This document shows, in pieces, positions 1 to 11,411 of a stretch of 64,000 nucleotides of DNA (position 1 is its first letter; each line of letters opens with the position of its first letter). The stretch covers positions 1,056,001 to 1,120,000 of the forward strand of contig CP000070.1 in NCBI GenBank assembly GCA_000002445.1, in the 5' to 3' direction. The stretch is from Trypanosoma brucei. Lineage: Eukaryota. A model generated the notes under the pieces. That model was not told the origin of the DNA, did no database searches, and saw nothing but the letters and a program-made list of their open reading frames with translations. The translations under genes were made by a program, and so were the position numbers.

Positions 1-1298
1 CCCACGAATCCGTTGCAGACGAGGTAATGGACGACGTATCCGCCATAATGTCCTCCACCTCCGAAGTCATTAGTAGTTTATGGCCAGGCGTAAAGTTGGA
101 TGTCCCATTCAAAGCAGAGATTCATATAGGACCATCACTAGGGGAGTTGTCCAGGTAGTATGCAGAGGCGTATTGCTATTGTTCATTTGAGTTGATTTAC
201 CTGCTTGTCTGAAAGATTAAAGGAAAAAAAAAATATATATATATATATATATCTTCGCTGCCTCTGCCTCTCTCTCTCTATCTGTCCCACTTTCTTCTTC
301 ATTTTTTTTCCTTCGGTTGTGCCTCATTTTCCGTGTGTTTGCACCAAAGTTTGACAGTTTTTGGTGATTAGTTGACAGCAGCGGAGGTGAGGAGTAGCGT
401 CGATGGAAAAGGCGATACAAATTTGTTTTTGTTCTCTCCACAATGTTTTTTTTTTAATTTTCAAGTTCCATAGAGTAACGTGTGGACATCTTGTTTTTTT
501 TCTTTTCCTGCGCATGTATGTTTAAGTGTGTGTTTGCGTGTGCGTACAGCGATGCGTGGCGCGCGAAAAGAAATGTTGAGATTATAGTGCGGCTGGTGGT
601 GAGGAAGATACCGTTTGTGTGTGAGCACGTGAGTGCAAGGGGAGGTGTGGAAAAAAAATAATAATAATAAGCAAGTGAAGCTCTTTTGGACCGAATGCAA
701 GCCTGAGGTGGAGAGTGGTGGAGGGAACGGGAAGCGGGTGAGTAAATAAATGATGACGCAAGACGGTGGCGGACCGAATGTTAGTGGAAAAGTTTTCAAT
801 TAACTTTGCTTGTGTTCCCCGTTATTTTCCTCCATCCTCTTTTTTTTTTTTCGCTCCGAGAAGTTGCCCGTAACACACGTCGCCCTGATTACTACACTGA
901 TTTTTTTTGTTGTGTTCCCAGTCGAGGTCTTACACCGTTAAATAAATATATTTCATATACAAGGCAATTCAAGCATCCATACACATCTGCATAAATATAT
1001 GTTTACGCATGTGGTTCTGTACCTTTCGTGTTTATCAGCCAACTCTTCAATTTTTTTTTCTCTTTGTGAGGGAACTCACCTCGCACATTACCAGTCCTTT
1101 GAAACCTCTAAATCATTTGAAAATGCAAGAAAAAAGTTGCTTTATCACCTGCTAAGCTATTGATTTATACCGTTCTTCTATACCCGTCCCTTTTCTTGTT
1201 GAATTATGCGTTGAATCACCCCTCTCTCCCGTGATTGTGATTCACCTTATAGTGTACACAAGTGTGGACTTCATTGTTCATTAACTTTCTGTTCCCAC

Positions 1299-2966
1299 AT
1301 GGTGTTAAAATTGTTGCTGGAGCTTGGAGCCGAGAGGTATGCGGAACAATTCGCCGCCAAATGCCATGAACTGGGGATGGTGATGAAGGAATCTGCAGGA
1401 CCCGGCAGAGTACCCGTTCCGGTGACGCTTCAGCCATCTATGATTTCTCGCGGTGAGTTTGGAACTCTCTGTTGTATGCAGCCGCTATGGAATGAGGCCG
1501 TCGACAATACAGCTAGAAACTTTACTTTCCTTCGTGATGCTTTGCAAGAGACGGCAGCCAGCGATGTCAACTTCACTGGGAAGCTCCTGAACATGCTCCA
1601 AGAGGTGTACCTCAGCGGAGGGCCGTTCCAACAGCTCATGCTCGGTATATTCCGCACAGATTACATGCGTGAAGGGGTTTATGATAAGATGCTGTCGACG
1701 ACGGCGTCTCGTTGGAAGAATGTTGAAATCAATACCATCAGCTGCTCTTTCGCCGGTCTATCGCCTCTCATCACTGAGTTTCATCAACACATCGCTGCGT
1801 ATCTTCAAGTGCTGCAGAAAGCAAGAGGAAAGGAGGATGATGACGGAGTTGAGAACATGAGTTGGATATGGGGTAAGGGCAACTGCAGATTGGAGAGAAG
1901 TGTCTCGGGTGATGTTGTACCAAAAGCAATAGCGGACGCAGTGCGTGCGTGGGTGGAGCAGCAGAAGTTTGCCTCACTTCGTGCGTCGTGGGAGCAGTTT
2001 CAACAGAATGAAGTAGGAAGCGGTGAAATACACCAACTTGGGGTGCTTGACACCGCGCCCGTTGTGCTCGTTGTTGTTCAGGAGAATGAACGTAACACTG
2101 CCGATCAGTATGCTCTGCTAATGAGAGTACTTGAGGAGCACCGCATTCGCTTCATATTTCGAACACTTCAGGAGCTCCACTTGTCACTGAAACTTCACAG
2201 CATCAGCCCCGAGCAACCACCTCTTGCTGTTGTTGACGGGCATTATCCGATAGCAGTTGCTTACTTCCGCAGCACCTACGTGCCGGAGGACTTCCCAACA
2301 GACGCCACATGGGCCGCTCGCCTTTCCTTGGAGCGCAGCAGCGCCATTAAGTGTCCAAGCATACCTTACCATTTGTTAACATTCAAGAAACTGCAACAAC
2401 TTCTGTGTGACGTGGATCGTGTGCTTGTACCAGTCGCTTTCTGTGGTGATTCGGATAAAGCAGGCTTGCTCCAGCGGCACTTCGTACCTCAATATTCTCT
2501 GAACCCGAAGGAAGTGGGTGAGGAAGCCGTGGAGAAAGTTATTCATGATGTACTTCAGCGGCCAGACCAATTTGTGTTAAAACCTCAGTTGGAGGGCGGT
2601 GGTAATCTTCTCTCTGGCGAGACGATGGTGAAGGCACTGAAGGCAACCAAGGAGGGGGATCCGGTTACGTACAGCAAGGTGCGTTGTGAGTACGTCGTCA
2701 TGTCGCGTATACAATTTCATGTCAGCACGGGGAGTTTGCTGGCGCGTGGTGACGTGGTTCAACTAGAGCGCAACATGTGTTCTGAAGTTGGCATTTTTGG
2801 CGTTATTCTCAGTGCTGCCAAGGGGTCAAGCGTAGGCACCAATGGTTCTTCAGTGCTTTTCAACACCTTTGCTGGATATACTGTTCGATCGAAACCTGCG
2901 GATGCGGATGATGGTGGCGTCATGGCAGGTGTTGCGGCTCTTGATTCCTTAGCGGTTGTACCGTAA
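1299..2966 (+). CDS. GSH2: glutathione synthetase (eukaryotic type), 555 aa
   Basis: Uninterrupted ORF starting at ATG 1299. Translated motif VLKPQLEGGGNLLSGE closely matches the conserved glycine-rich ATP-binding loop of eukaryotic glutathione synthetases (human VLKPQREGGGNN). Length is typical of the family. Third-position GC bias typical of trypanosome coding sequence. Confidence 0.85.
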   Translation: MVLKLLLELGAERYAEQFAAKCHELGMVMKESAGPGRVPVPVTLQPSMISRGEFGTLCCMQPLWNEAVDNTARNFTFLRDALQETAASDVNFTGKLLNMLQEVYLSGGPFQQLMLGIFRTDYMREGVYDKMLSTTASRWKNVEINTISCSFAGLSPLITEFHQHIAAYLQVLQKARGKEDDDGVENMSWIWGKGNCRLERSVSGDVVPKAIADAVRAWVEQQKFASLRASWEQFQQNEVGSGEIHQLGVLDTAPVVLVVVQENERNTADQYALLMRVLEEHRIRFIFRTLQELHLSLKLHSISPEQPPLAVVDGHYPIAVAYFRSTYVPEDFPTDATWAARLSLERSSAIKCPSIPYHLLTFKKLQQLLCDVDRVLVPVAFCGDSDKAGLLQRHFVPQYSLNPKEVGEEAVEKVIHDVLQRPDQFVLKPQLEGGGNLLSGETMVKALKATKEGDPVTYSKVRCEYVVMSRIQFHVSTGSLLARGDVVQLERNMCSEVGIFGVILSAAKGSSVGTNGSSVLFNTFAGYTVRSKPADADDGGVMAGVAALDSLAVVP

Positions 2967-4603
2967 GTGAGTTGCAATGCCCCGGGTGGATGGTTTCGCT
3001 CTGCTCTGTTTCCGACAGTTGTCTGTGCTTTTTCTTTTTTTTCCTCTCGTGTTGCGGTGGGCCCCTCCACTTATCCCTGGTATGTTGTGTAATCGTTGCT
3101 ACGCTCAAAGGGGTGCTCATCTGCACCGCGTGGTTGCTAGCCACTTGCACGACATGTATTCTTCATTTTTTCTTCTTTCGGACATATGGTGCCATGTAAC
3201 GTTTTCAAACCCGACAACGCATCGACGTCTGTAAGTTGCTCCATTTGAATTTCCCTTTACTGCCGTTTGACTTCATTATTGTTATACTCCTTTATGTGCA
3301 CGGGGGCGAGGCACTTACCAGCCGAGTGGTCTGAAGATAGTTTGACAGTGGCTGATGGCAGCGGGAAAGGAGGAGTAGTTGAATGTGTATTTTTTTACTT
3401 TTGGAAGTGTAAAAGTATAAACTATTGTCGCATGGATAAACTGTTTTTTTTTGAAAACGACTCGATCTTATGAGAAAAACTTTAGCGGCGGAAGATTGCA
3501 CGTGAACTTTTACCGTGCCGTGAACAGTGCGTCTTTTTGGGTGTGATTGTACGTCTGTTTAACCTCTCTCCTGTTTGCTCTATTTTTCTTTTTTTCTTTT
3601 GTTTTGAGTGGTGAGGTGGAGTGAAACAGTTTCAGCAAAACCTGCGTGACTTTTCGTTGTTAGAAGTAAAAGAACGGGGACTCTAGGTACAGTTTTCATT
3701 GTCGCCACTTCATGCTCATTCTCAGAAAGGTCTGAATGATGCCCCCATATGGATCATTGCTGCCGCCACCGTCAGTGACGTAAGTGAATGCTCATTCCGC
3801 TAAAGGGTTTCCAACTCCCTTTTCGGTTCACCCTTCCCGTTGTCATTGTCATAAATTGTCATAGTTATTATAATTATTGTCATTACCTCCACTCTCTTTT
3901 TGTGTTGTCTTACGGGGGCACGTCACGAATGGGTAGTCAGCTGCAGTCCGGCTTCACAAGTCATAGGCCACCGTGGCGTTACCCCATTCGAAGAGCCGGA
4001 GTGGTCTAAAAAAAACAACAACAACATAACAACCGCCGTTTCGTGTGCACCGCCCTTCACCCCAGTCTGCCTACGGTGATGAAAATACATGTATATGCTA
4101 ACTTTTCTGTACTCCATGGAGTGAGCATGAAGTGAATTATCCGCAGAGAAGTCTGAAACGTTTTTAAATCCCCCCCCTGTACTCCTCTTCTTCTTGTGGT
4201 TTCCATCTCAGTACTTCGATGCTTGGTATGACACACGAATACTGCGTGTTACTCAGACGTGGTGACGAAGTAACGGATACTTTCCTTCATCACAGCGCTT
4301 GTTTGTTGTTTCTTTTTTTTTATTTCTACTACTTTTCCAATACGTCTCCTATATCTGTTGTTGTTGTTGTTGTGATGGTGGTGGTGATTGGCTCCGGAGG
4401 GTAGGTTATATAAATATAAATAAATATATATATATATATTGTTTGCGTGTTTTCCACCTTGATAAACGAAATTGAGGTGGTACCCGTTACATAACGAAGC
4501 GTGAAGAACTGGGGCACAGAGAGGGACAGGGGGAAAAAAAAAGAGAAGAAAAAGAAGGTCAACGGAGCGGATAGTGGAAAAACGTAGGCAACTTGCGGTA
4601 GCG

Positions 4604-4840
4604 ATGAGTAACACACGCCAGCGCGTGGGCGGGGGTAAAGCATCCTTCACGCAGCGTACGATGAATTTTTTCCGCACGTACAAACGCGACTTGTTCTTTA
4701 CTTGCGTTGCTTTCATGGCTATAGGCACTGTGGCTAGACGTGAGTTGATGGTACGTGGTGTAGTGTCGCCGCCACAGAAAATTGAAGCGGTTCCGAGGGT
4801 GGAGCGGGAGTTTGGCTCGAAGCGTCAACGGAGTGAATGA
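4604..4840 (+). CDS. small hypothetical protein (78 aa) with one predicted transmembrane helix (LFFTCVAFMAIGTVA); possibly a small mitochondrial/membrane protein
   Basis: ORF in the 3.4-kb gap between the GS and PP2C genes. First ATG at 4604 (the track ORF 4574..4840 starts at GTG). Coding-like composition contrasts with the flanking low-complexity sequence. A polypyrimidine tract lies upstream at 4296..4370. Same strand as all neighbours. Without it, there would be an unusually long gene-free gap. Confidence 0.4.
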   Translation: MSNTRQRVGGGKASFTQRTMNFFRTYKRDLFFTCVAFMAIGTVARRELMVRGVVSPPQKIEAVPRVEREFGSKRQRSE

Positions 4841-5418
4841 TGAGTATATCGCGTATATGTATACACACACACAAATATATATATATCTTGTATTTACGTC
4901 CGTATTTGTTTGTGAATGTGTAAGTATTTTAACCGGCGCTAAGGGAAATGTGACAGCGTCTTGTTCCCGAGTCGTGCACTTTTCCTACTACGGAGAGACT
5001 TTGCTACGAGGTGACGTTCTGATCGCAGCCGTACGGAAGAGTTCTACTTGGTGCTTTCATAGAAATAAGGCAACTGAGCCACAGCGGGTACCCCAACCAT
5101 TTAAATATCGAGCAGGTGTCGGTTACTTACTCATTCCTACATTTTTATCTCACCCTTTGTTAAACGCTATTTTTTAATTTTTTCTGTTTAACGTCATCGA
5201 ACGGTAAGTGCGTGTATGTGTGTGTGATTTTGCCGTATCATTGCTTACCAATGTATACAAAGAACTAAGCCTTTGCCGATGACTTTGTTTAAATGTATTC
5301 CCATTCTTTCTTTATCCTTTTTCCTTTTTCTTTTACTGCTGTCATATTATTATTTTTTTTTTGATTTTCACCATTTCTTTTTCGTGTCTGTGTTGTCTTT
5401 ACCAAACAACTAATACAT

Positions 5419-5421
<3 letters not shown>

Positions 5422-5453
<32 letters not shown>
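5422..5453. repeat. (TA)16 microsatellite
   Basis: Perfect dinucleotide run. Similar (TA)n runs at 233..252, 10926..10955, 11243..11261, 24933..24950, 25318..25346, 28771..28792, 36831..36847, 54784..54802, 55158..55185, 55605..55625. Confidence 0.95.
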
Positions 5454-5455
<2 letters not shown>

Positions 5456-6388
5456 CAAACGCGTATAGTAGGTTTAGAGGTACTGGCACACTTACAAAGC
5501 GTGTTGGCTTTCAGCAGCAGCGGCAAGCGGCAAGCGGGTAGTCGGGTGCGAGTTGGAGTAGTTCACGACGACACGGTGACTACTCTCTGATCCATCATTC
5601 AATACATAAAAATCTCGAAGGTTGCCCTTTCGTGTGTGTGTGTGTGCTTGTGTGATAATCACTTAGTCATATAAGCGAATAATAAGAGAAGGGGAAATAG
5701 TTAGATAAGGACTTGTTTATTGTCATCGTCATTTTAGTTGGTATAGGGACGGAAATAGTGAGGAAACTGGGAGGTGAAGGAACAGGCAGAGGCGCCCACG
5801 GGGGGGGGGTGAAAAAAAAAAAAGCATCGTGAGAGGAAGCAACGGAATTTAAAAACGAAGTTAAGCAGAGAGTTGCAGAGGCAAAAGAGAAAGGAAAAAA
5901 AAGAGGGAAAAGTAAAGGCAGAAAAGGGAACGTTGGTAGTTCTTCCTCTTCCACCATTAGGGCATCAAACTTTTTTCTTCCTACTCCCATACGCACTGTC
6001 AATCAGAGTGAAAAGTTTTCAATTTTTTTTTCATCACAAGGGGGAGAAAAGGAAAAGAGGAAGGGAACGGAGAAGGGCAAAGGAAAACCAGTAAGTTTTC
6101 CCCCCACCAATTGTATTGGCGTGGTTAGAAGGGTGAAGAAAGAGGGAGAAGCCTTCCGCGAAAAAAAAAAGTTCTTCCGTTTCCTTTCTTTTTGAACATT
6201 CTGAAGTCGTGTTGAGGGAAGCTTCGACTTACCGTTGAACGGGCACAGGCAGACAGCGGTGAAAACTGAAGGAGGGAACATAGACTCTCTTCCGAGAGAG
6301 GAAGGACAAAGGGGAAAAGAGTACCGGGCAGGCAAAGAGGTGGGTTTGAGTTCGAGGCGGCACATCAAGTGCAAAATCAGTTGCAAGA

Positions 6389-8629
6389 ATGTATACCAGT
6401 GTTAGAAAGCCTCCGCTTTCCACAGCGAAGCTTTCAGAGAAGACGGATGCTGCAGGCAAGGGTAACCTCAATGGAGTAGCTGAGTCACCGACATCGCGTG
6501 ACGGAGGGATTGGCAGCAGCATGCCGTACGTCGCCAGGAAACCCAACTCTGGTGATGGTCAGGGACGTCCAGGTGAGGTCCAGAGAGCAGGACAAGTAAC
6601 ATATCAAACAACTAACGCCCTTTTCACGGGAAGCACAGTTCCAGGAAAAACTAAGGACGTCAGCACCGCCAAAAGTAGTGGTGGAGGTGATCACCTTAAC
6701 AATGGAGACAGGCCTCCCCTTGTCGGCGACAACAATGAAGTAAGCTCGCCACGAACTATAAAAATGAACAGCTCTCCCCCTCGACGCTATTTTCACCGAG
6801 GGGCTATAAACTGCAACTCAAGCGAAAACGTGGCGGCGGTTCTCGGCGGTTCCACATTGATTAGCGGTGAGAGAGTAGGCAGTGGCTCTGGGTATCCACG
6901 CCGTGTTTTTTCAGGTCCACCTTCCACGCGGATGTTAAATCAAGGAGGTGAGGAGCCTGCACAGAAACCACAACCACCCGGAAGCAGCAGATCAAAGTCT
7001 GGCATAAGACAACTACAGTTCGCACTGAACGGCAACAGTAGCCAGCGTTTGCTACCCGTCCCCCCACGCCAACTGTGTCCCTCCAATCCAGCGCGACGTG
7101 GTGGTGGTGCCGCCACAGTGACCCCACGATGCTCTGACGCACGGCGGCAAAAGCAAGATTCGACGGATCCGTTTGACATGACTCAAGTTCTCAATGGTGT
7201 TGGCACTCAGTTGGGTCTCCCTTCTTACTGCCCGGGCGCCGAAAGCTCTCAAGGAAGCAACCGATTGAGGGGCTCGAAACCACCATCACCATCTTTATTG
7301 CCACTGGCGTCTCTGAGGTCGCAGCAAATGCCATCAACGGCGGGTGTACCCGCCCCACGGTCCCTCTCAGAGTCGCAGCAGCTGTCGATCAATCCTAGCG
7401 GGGTGTTTGGCTGCGCCACTGATTGCAAGAACGGGCTTGGTTACGACTTCCGTGTAGTGGCGAGCACAGGGAAATCTTTCAATTTACCAATCAAACTTAC
7501 CGCAGGCGTTGGTTGCGTGCAAGGCCTTCGACCAACAATGGAGGATGAACACTTCATCCGTCTGCAGGCAACTACAGCTGTGGGGCAGCCCGTGTCGCTG
7601 TTGGGTATTCTTGACGGCCACTGTGGCCGCCGTGTCGCGGAGTTGGCCGCAAAGCATGTACCAGACAACTTCATTGCCCACCCCGCACTCGGGGAAAATA
7701 ACGCACTAGCCTTTGTGGAGTCCATTATACAAGCAGACCGGGCGATTTTTCATTCAATAGGAAAAGGTAGCGGAGGTGTGGGACTTTCAGCTGGTTTTGG
7801 TGGCTCTGGAGGATCGACACTTATTGCCGCGGCAGTTCATGGACGAATGCTGTATGTTGCTTGTCTGGGGGATGCACGCGCTGTGCTTTATGATGGCAAT
7901 ACGACCATACCAATGAGTGAAGACCATAAACCCCTGAATAAAAAGGAACACACACGCATCCTTCAGTGTGGTGGCTTTGTACAGCTTGGTAGGGTTTGTG
8001 GTGTTCTTGCGGTGAGCCGCGCATTAGGCGATTACGAATTCAAGTTTAATGGGAATCGGTTTATATCTAATCGCGAACTGATGGTTTCTAATGTTGCCGA
8101 TGTGCGGCAGATTAACCTGACAGACTCTAGCAAGTTCCTTCTCCTGGCTTGCGACGGCCTGTGGGATGCGGTGCAGAACGAGGAGGCGACACAGTTCGTT
8201 CGTGACTTCCTAAGCTATACCCCTGACGTAGGTTCATCGCCGGAGGCCACTAAGCGGGCGATAAATAACTGTTGTCAAAAACTTGCTGAGTTTGCTGTCA
8301 GCCGCGGGAGTACGGATAACGTTTCGGTGATGCTATTGTTCTTTCACAACGTGGCCGATGTTGTCGCAAGTTTTGATCGTGCAAGCGACGCAACAACGTC
8401 GAGGGCGACGGTAACAAGCCCCGTTTCTCCACGGTTATTCAGTGCAAGCAGAGGTGTGAATGCCGGGTTCACAGGTATGGAATCGAGACTAGCCGGAATC
8501 TCTGGGGGTAGTAGTAGCGGTGCATTCGGCGGCAGTAGTGGAGCTGAGGGTTCTTCTGTCAGGGGAGCTGGTCGTACAAAAGTGGACAGAGGCGCCTCGT
8601 GGTTAACCCGGAGTCGCTCTCTGTGGTAA
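6389..8629 (+). CDS. protein phosphatase 2C (PPM family) with roughly 370-aa S/G/P-rich N-terminal extension, 746 aa
   Basis: ATG at 6389. PPM motifs in the C-terminal half: GLRPTMEDEH, GILDGHCG, ACLGDARAVL, LAVSRALGDYEFK, LLLACDGLWD, GSTDNVSVMLL (catalytic domain roughly nt 7520..8340). Confidence 0.85.
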   Translation: MYTSVRKPPLSTAKLSEKTDAAGKGNLNGVAESPTSRDGGIGSSMPYVARKPNSGDGQGRPGEVQRAGQVTYQTTNALFTGSTVPGKTKDVSTAKSSGGGDHLNNGDRPPLVGDNNEVSSPRTIKMNSSPPRRYFHRGAINCNSSENVAAVLGGSTLISGERVGSGSGYPRRVFSGPPSTRMLNQGGEEPAQKPQPPGSSRSKSGIRQLQFALNGNSSQRLLPVPPRQLCPSNPARRGGGAATVTPRCSDARRQKQDSTDPFDMTQVLNGVGTQLGLPSYCPGAESSQGSNRLRGSKPPSPSLLPLASLRSQQMPSTAGVPAPRSLSESQQLSINPSGVFGCATDCKNGLGYDFRVVASTGKSFNLPIKLTAGVGCVQGLRPTMEDEHFIRLQATTAVGQPVSLLGILDGHCGRRVAELAAKHVPDNFIAHPALGENNALAFVESIIQADRAIFHSIGKGSGGVGLSAGFGGSGGSTLIAAAVHGRMLYVACLGDARAVLYDGNTTIPMSEDHKPLNKKEHTRILQCGGFVQLGRVCGVLAVSRALGDYEFKFNGNRFISNRELMVSNVADVRQINLTDSSKFLLLACDGLWDAVQNEEATQFVRDFLSYTPDVGSSPEATKRAINNCCQKLAEFAVSRGSTDNVSVMLLFFHNVADVVASFDRASDATTSRATVTSPVSPRLFSASRGVNAGFTGMESRLAGISGGSSSGAFGGSSGAEGSSVRGAGRTKVDRGASWLTRSRSLW

Positions 8630-10315
8630 GGGATGCTGTGGCAAGTATTCGGTGATGTTATGAGGAGACAGGTTGCGGCCCTGTTTGGGTGTATTACGTA
8701 TGCCTCTGCTTCAGAGGAAAGTGATTGGGGGAGGGGGGAGGGAGGGAAACGGAATGAAAGTGGGGTGAAGATTAGTACTGATGCTATTGTAAGGGAAGGG
8801 GGATGTAACGGATGGATGCCCGTGGTTTTCTTCCTGAAGCCTTTATTTACCGCTGCCCAGCCTCTCCCTGCACCCGTTCCCCCAATACGTGAAACTCACC
8901 AGAACACTGGGACGCTAGCGCATGTACAGGCACTAATTTCTTTTTTTTTTTTGTAGTCCCCCTTTGTTTTCCCCTTCACTCATCTTTTACTTCTATGTTT
9001 TCCTGCTTTTTTTGTATCTTGTTATTGCCTGAGCGAACTCTCCGCACACATCCCTTTCTGTGTGCACCCCTTACACATACATATCTGTATACCAATTATT
9101 ATCATTATTGTTTGGCGAGCCATTCCCGTGCTCATACGCACATACAGTGGAAATGATCAGTGACTGAAGGGGAAAGGAAAGGGAGGTTTCTTTTTTTATT
9201 TTCATTTTATTTTCATGTTTCCCCACTTATCTTTCTTTCTGATTTTTATAACCCGCCGCTGCCTTCATTGTTGATGGGACAGCAATGGCAGGCCGTTTGA
9301 CGGTGTAAACCTTAGAACGTCGCCTCCACGCCTCTTCCTCCTCGTCGTGAAAGCTTAGCATTTCGGTGGGAAGCAACTACTGATTATGGAAATGCCTAGA
9401 AAAAACAAAGAAAGGAAGTAAATAAAAAGCCAAAGGGGGTCGAAGGAGGTGTAGATGGAAGTTAGGAATGGGATGGAAGTTGATGGGTGGTATGTGTGGG
9501 TGAAACAGCTCTGAAGGCAAAGCTAAACGATGCTTTATTTCTAAATGATTCTGTAGTAAAAACTTAGAGATTGGTTGAAGAGGGACCGCTTTTGCAGGTT
9601 GTTTATTTCGCCGCACAGGAGCCTCCGGTTGGGTTGCAGCGGGGCGAAGTGAATGCGTTGGGGTATGGTGGTGTAATGAAGCATGGTTGAGGAAAAGCGA
9701 AACGTTGGAGTATGAAAAGAAGGAATATTAAAGCGGGATTGTCGTGTAATGGCGGTAACATTGGACTTATTCGTGTGCGACTCGCCTCCTTTTCCACCTT
9801 TCTCTTTCGGTCCTTTTTCTTTTAAATAGTGTTTTCCCGTCCACCATCACTCTCTCAACGTACTGCACATTTTAATTCAACCTTCTAACAGTAACGCAGG
9901 TTATATGTAAGGTGAAAAAGATGTTGCCACCATTACTATTGGTTAGCAGCACATGCACATGCGGAAGAAGTGGCGGAGCTTTTTTGTTGTTTTTTATGGT
10001 TTTTGCTTTTATTTGTCTGAACCGTGGCTGAGACCTCCTCCTTCACGTTTTGCGTGCCCAAGTGTCTCGTTATCATGTTCTTTTTTTTTTTTTTACCCTC
10101 ATTAAGACGGTAATAACAGTTATCTGTCTGATAATTGATGTGCTGCTTCCCTCCTTCTTCGCTTTGATCGCCTGTACAATTCACCCCAGACGCTGTGGCG
10201 GAGGTTGGTTTACCTTCTGTTTGTTCCTTTTTTTTTTTTGCTGTCTTCTTGTTTTCTTTTCGCCTTGTTTTTTTGTTCCGCTTCATTATTGTTGTTTATT
10301 TGTTTTTTTTTTTGC

Positions 10316-10332
10316 GGGGGGGGGGGGAGGGG
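10316..10332 (+). repeat. G12-A-G4 homopolymer run in the long PP2C downstream region
   Basis: gcggggggggggggagggg. Other G-runs of at least 9 at about 5797..5808, about 57396..57406 and about 58186..58192. Confidence 0.9.
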
Positions 10333-11411
10333 TCTTCCCTCTTTAAACCTTTCTTTCCTCTTTCTATCACGGCCTCGAACCCCGCCGGATATCTTTCCTC
10401 CCTTATTTCTGCTTTTGCCTCCTCTCTACCTTCTTTTTCTCCACATTGTCGTCACCACGGCACAATTTCCCCCTTTGTCCACGCGCTGTGTGTCGTTTAT
10501 AAATATAAATATTAGCACAGGTGGGAGGAGGCTTATGGCGGAAGCGGCTGCGTTTTCCCTATTTGATGGATGGATTGTAAAGGGAAGGAGAAAACGAAGA
10601 TGGTAGGGAAGACAGAGGGGAAAATCACCTATTTTGTTCTTTTTTTGTGTGTGGTTGTTTGTTTGTTTTAATCGTTTTTGTAGAGAGTAGTAATGATGGA
10701 AGTTCTTCTCTCTCCCTATCTTCGCTTTCACACCCCCTCTCTCTGTTTTATTTTTCTTGTGGTGGTTTCAACCAACGGTTCGGAGGGAGGGAGGAGGGGG
10801 GAGAGAGATAAAGCGAAGTAACGGCCGTTAGCTGGAGTCTTGCGTATGTACACAAGAACACGGGTTGCCTTTGGCTGCCCCCTTTTTTATACGGCGTTGT
10901 ACCTTTACGGTGGATATGAAGGGCGTATATTATATATATATATATATTATATATGCATATGTTTGCGGTACTCGTAGCAACGCATGACCACATGTATGTG
11001 TTGCATGCGTACTTCTCCGTATTTCCCCCTCTCTTTGTGTGCACTATAACCTATTTTAGAGGAAGCTACGGTTTGCAATAGTTCTATTGTTATGGCACAA
11101 TGTTTCAACTCAGCATCACACTAACATACCATGTAGGGCCTGACGCGTTAAGCGAGATTTTCCCATCCCGTCATTGCTGTCTCTCTTCCCGCAGCCCTCT
11201 GTTCAAATGTATCTCCTAACTGTCTTCCTGCTTTTTTCCATTATATATATATATATATATACGTTGTTTAAAATGCAGCAGTTTGTCTCTTCGGGGAGGT
11301 GGCTGAACTACAAGAGGAATAAGTGATCCCTAACAGTTCGGAGAGAGGTATAGTTGTTATATTTGTAAGGTGAAGGTGATCAAAGGGACTGCCATTGGTT
11401 GAGTGGACGCG

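Noticed and set aside
3-158. Possible C-terminal 52 codons (HESVADEVMDDVSAIMSSTSEV…ELSR stop) of an upstream + strand gene truncated by the window start
   Set aside because: Too short to assess coding character or identity. Kept only as a note that the window probably begins inside the preceding gene.
4782-5177. 131-aa + strand ORF overlapping the end of the small-ORF candidate
   Set aside because: It reads through (TA)n/(CA)n low-complexity DNA (…YMYTHTQIYIYLVF…) and shows no coding bias. The upstream 78-codon ORF is the more credible gene.
10050-10606. Overlapping + strand ORFs of 98-133 aa (F/L/C-rich) in the PP2C downstream spacer; similar ones at 60191..60399 and 35866..36175
   Set aside because: They are translations of poly-T/CT homopolymer tracts and microsatellites, with extreme amino-acid bias and no start context. 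These are polypyrimidine UTR/intergenic sequence.
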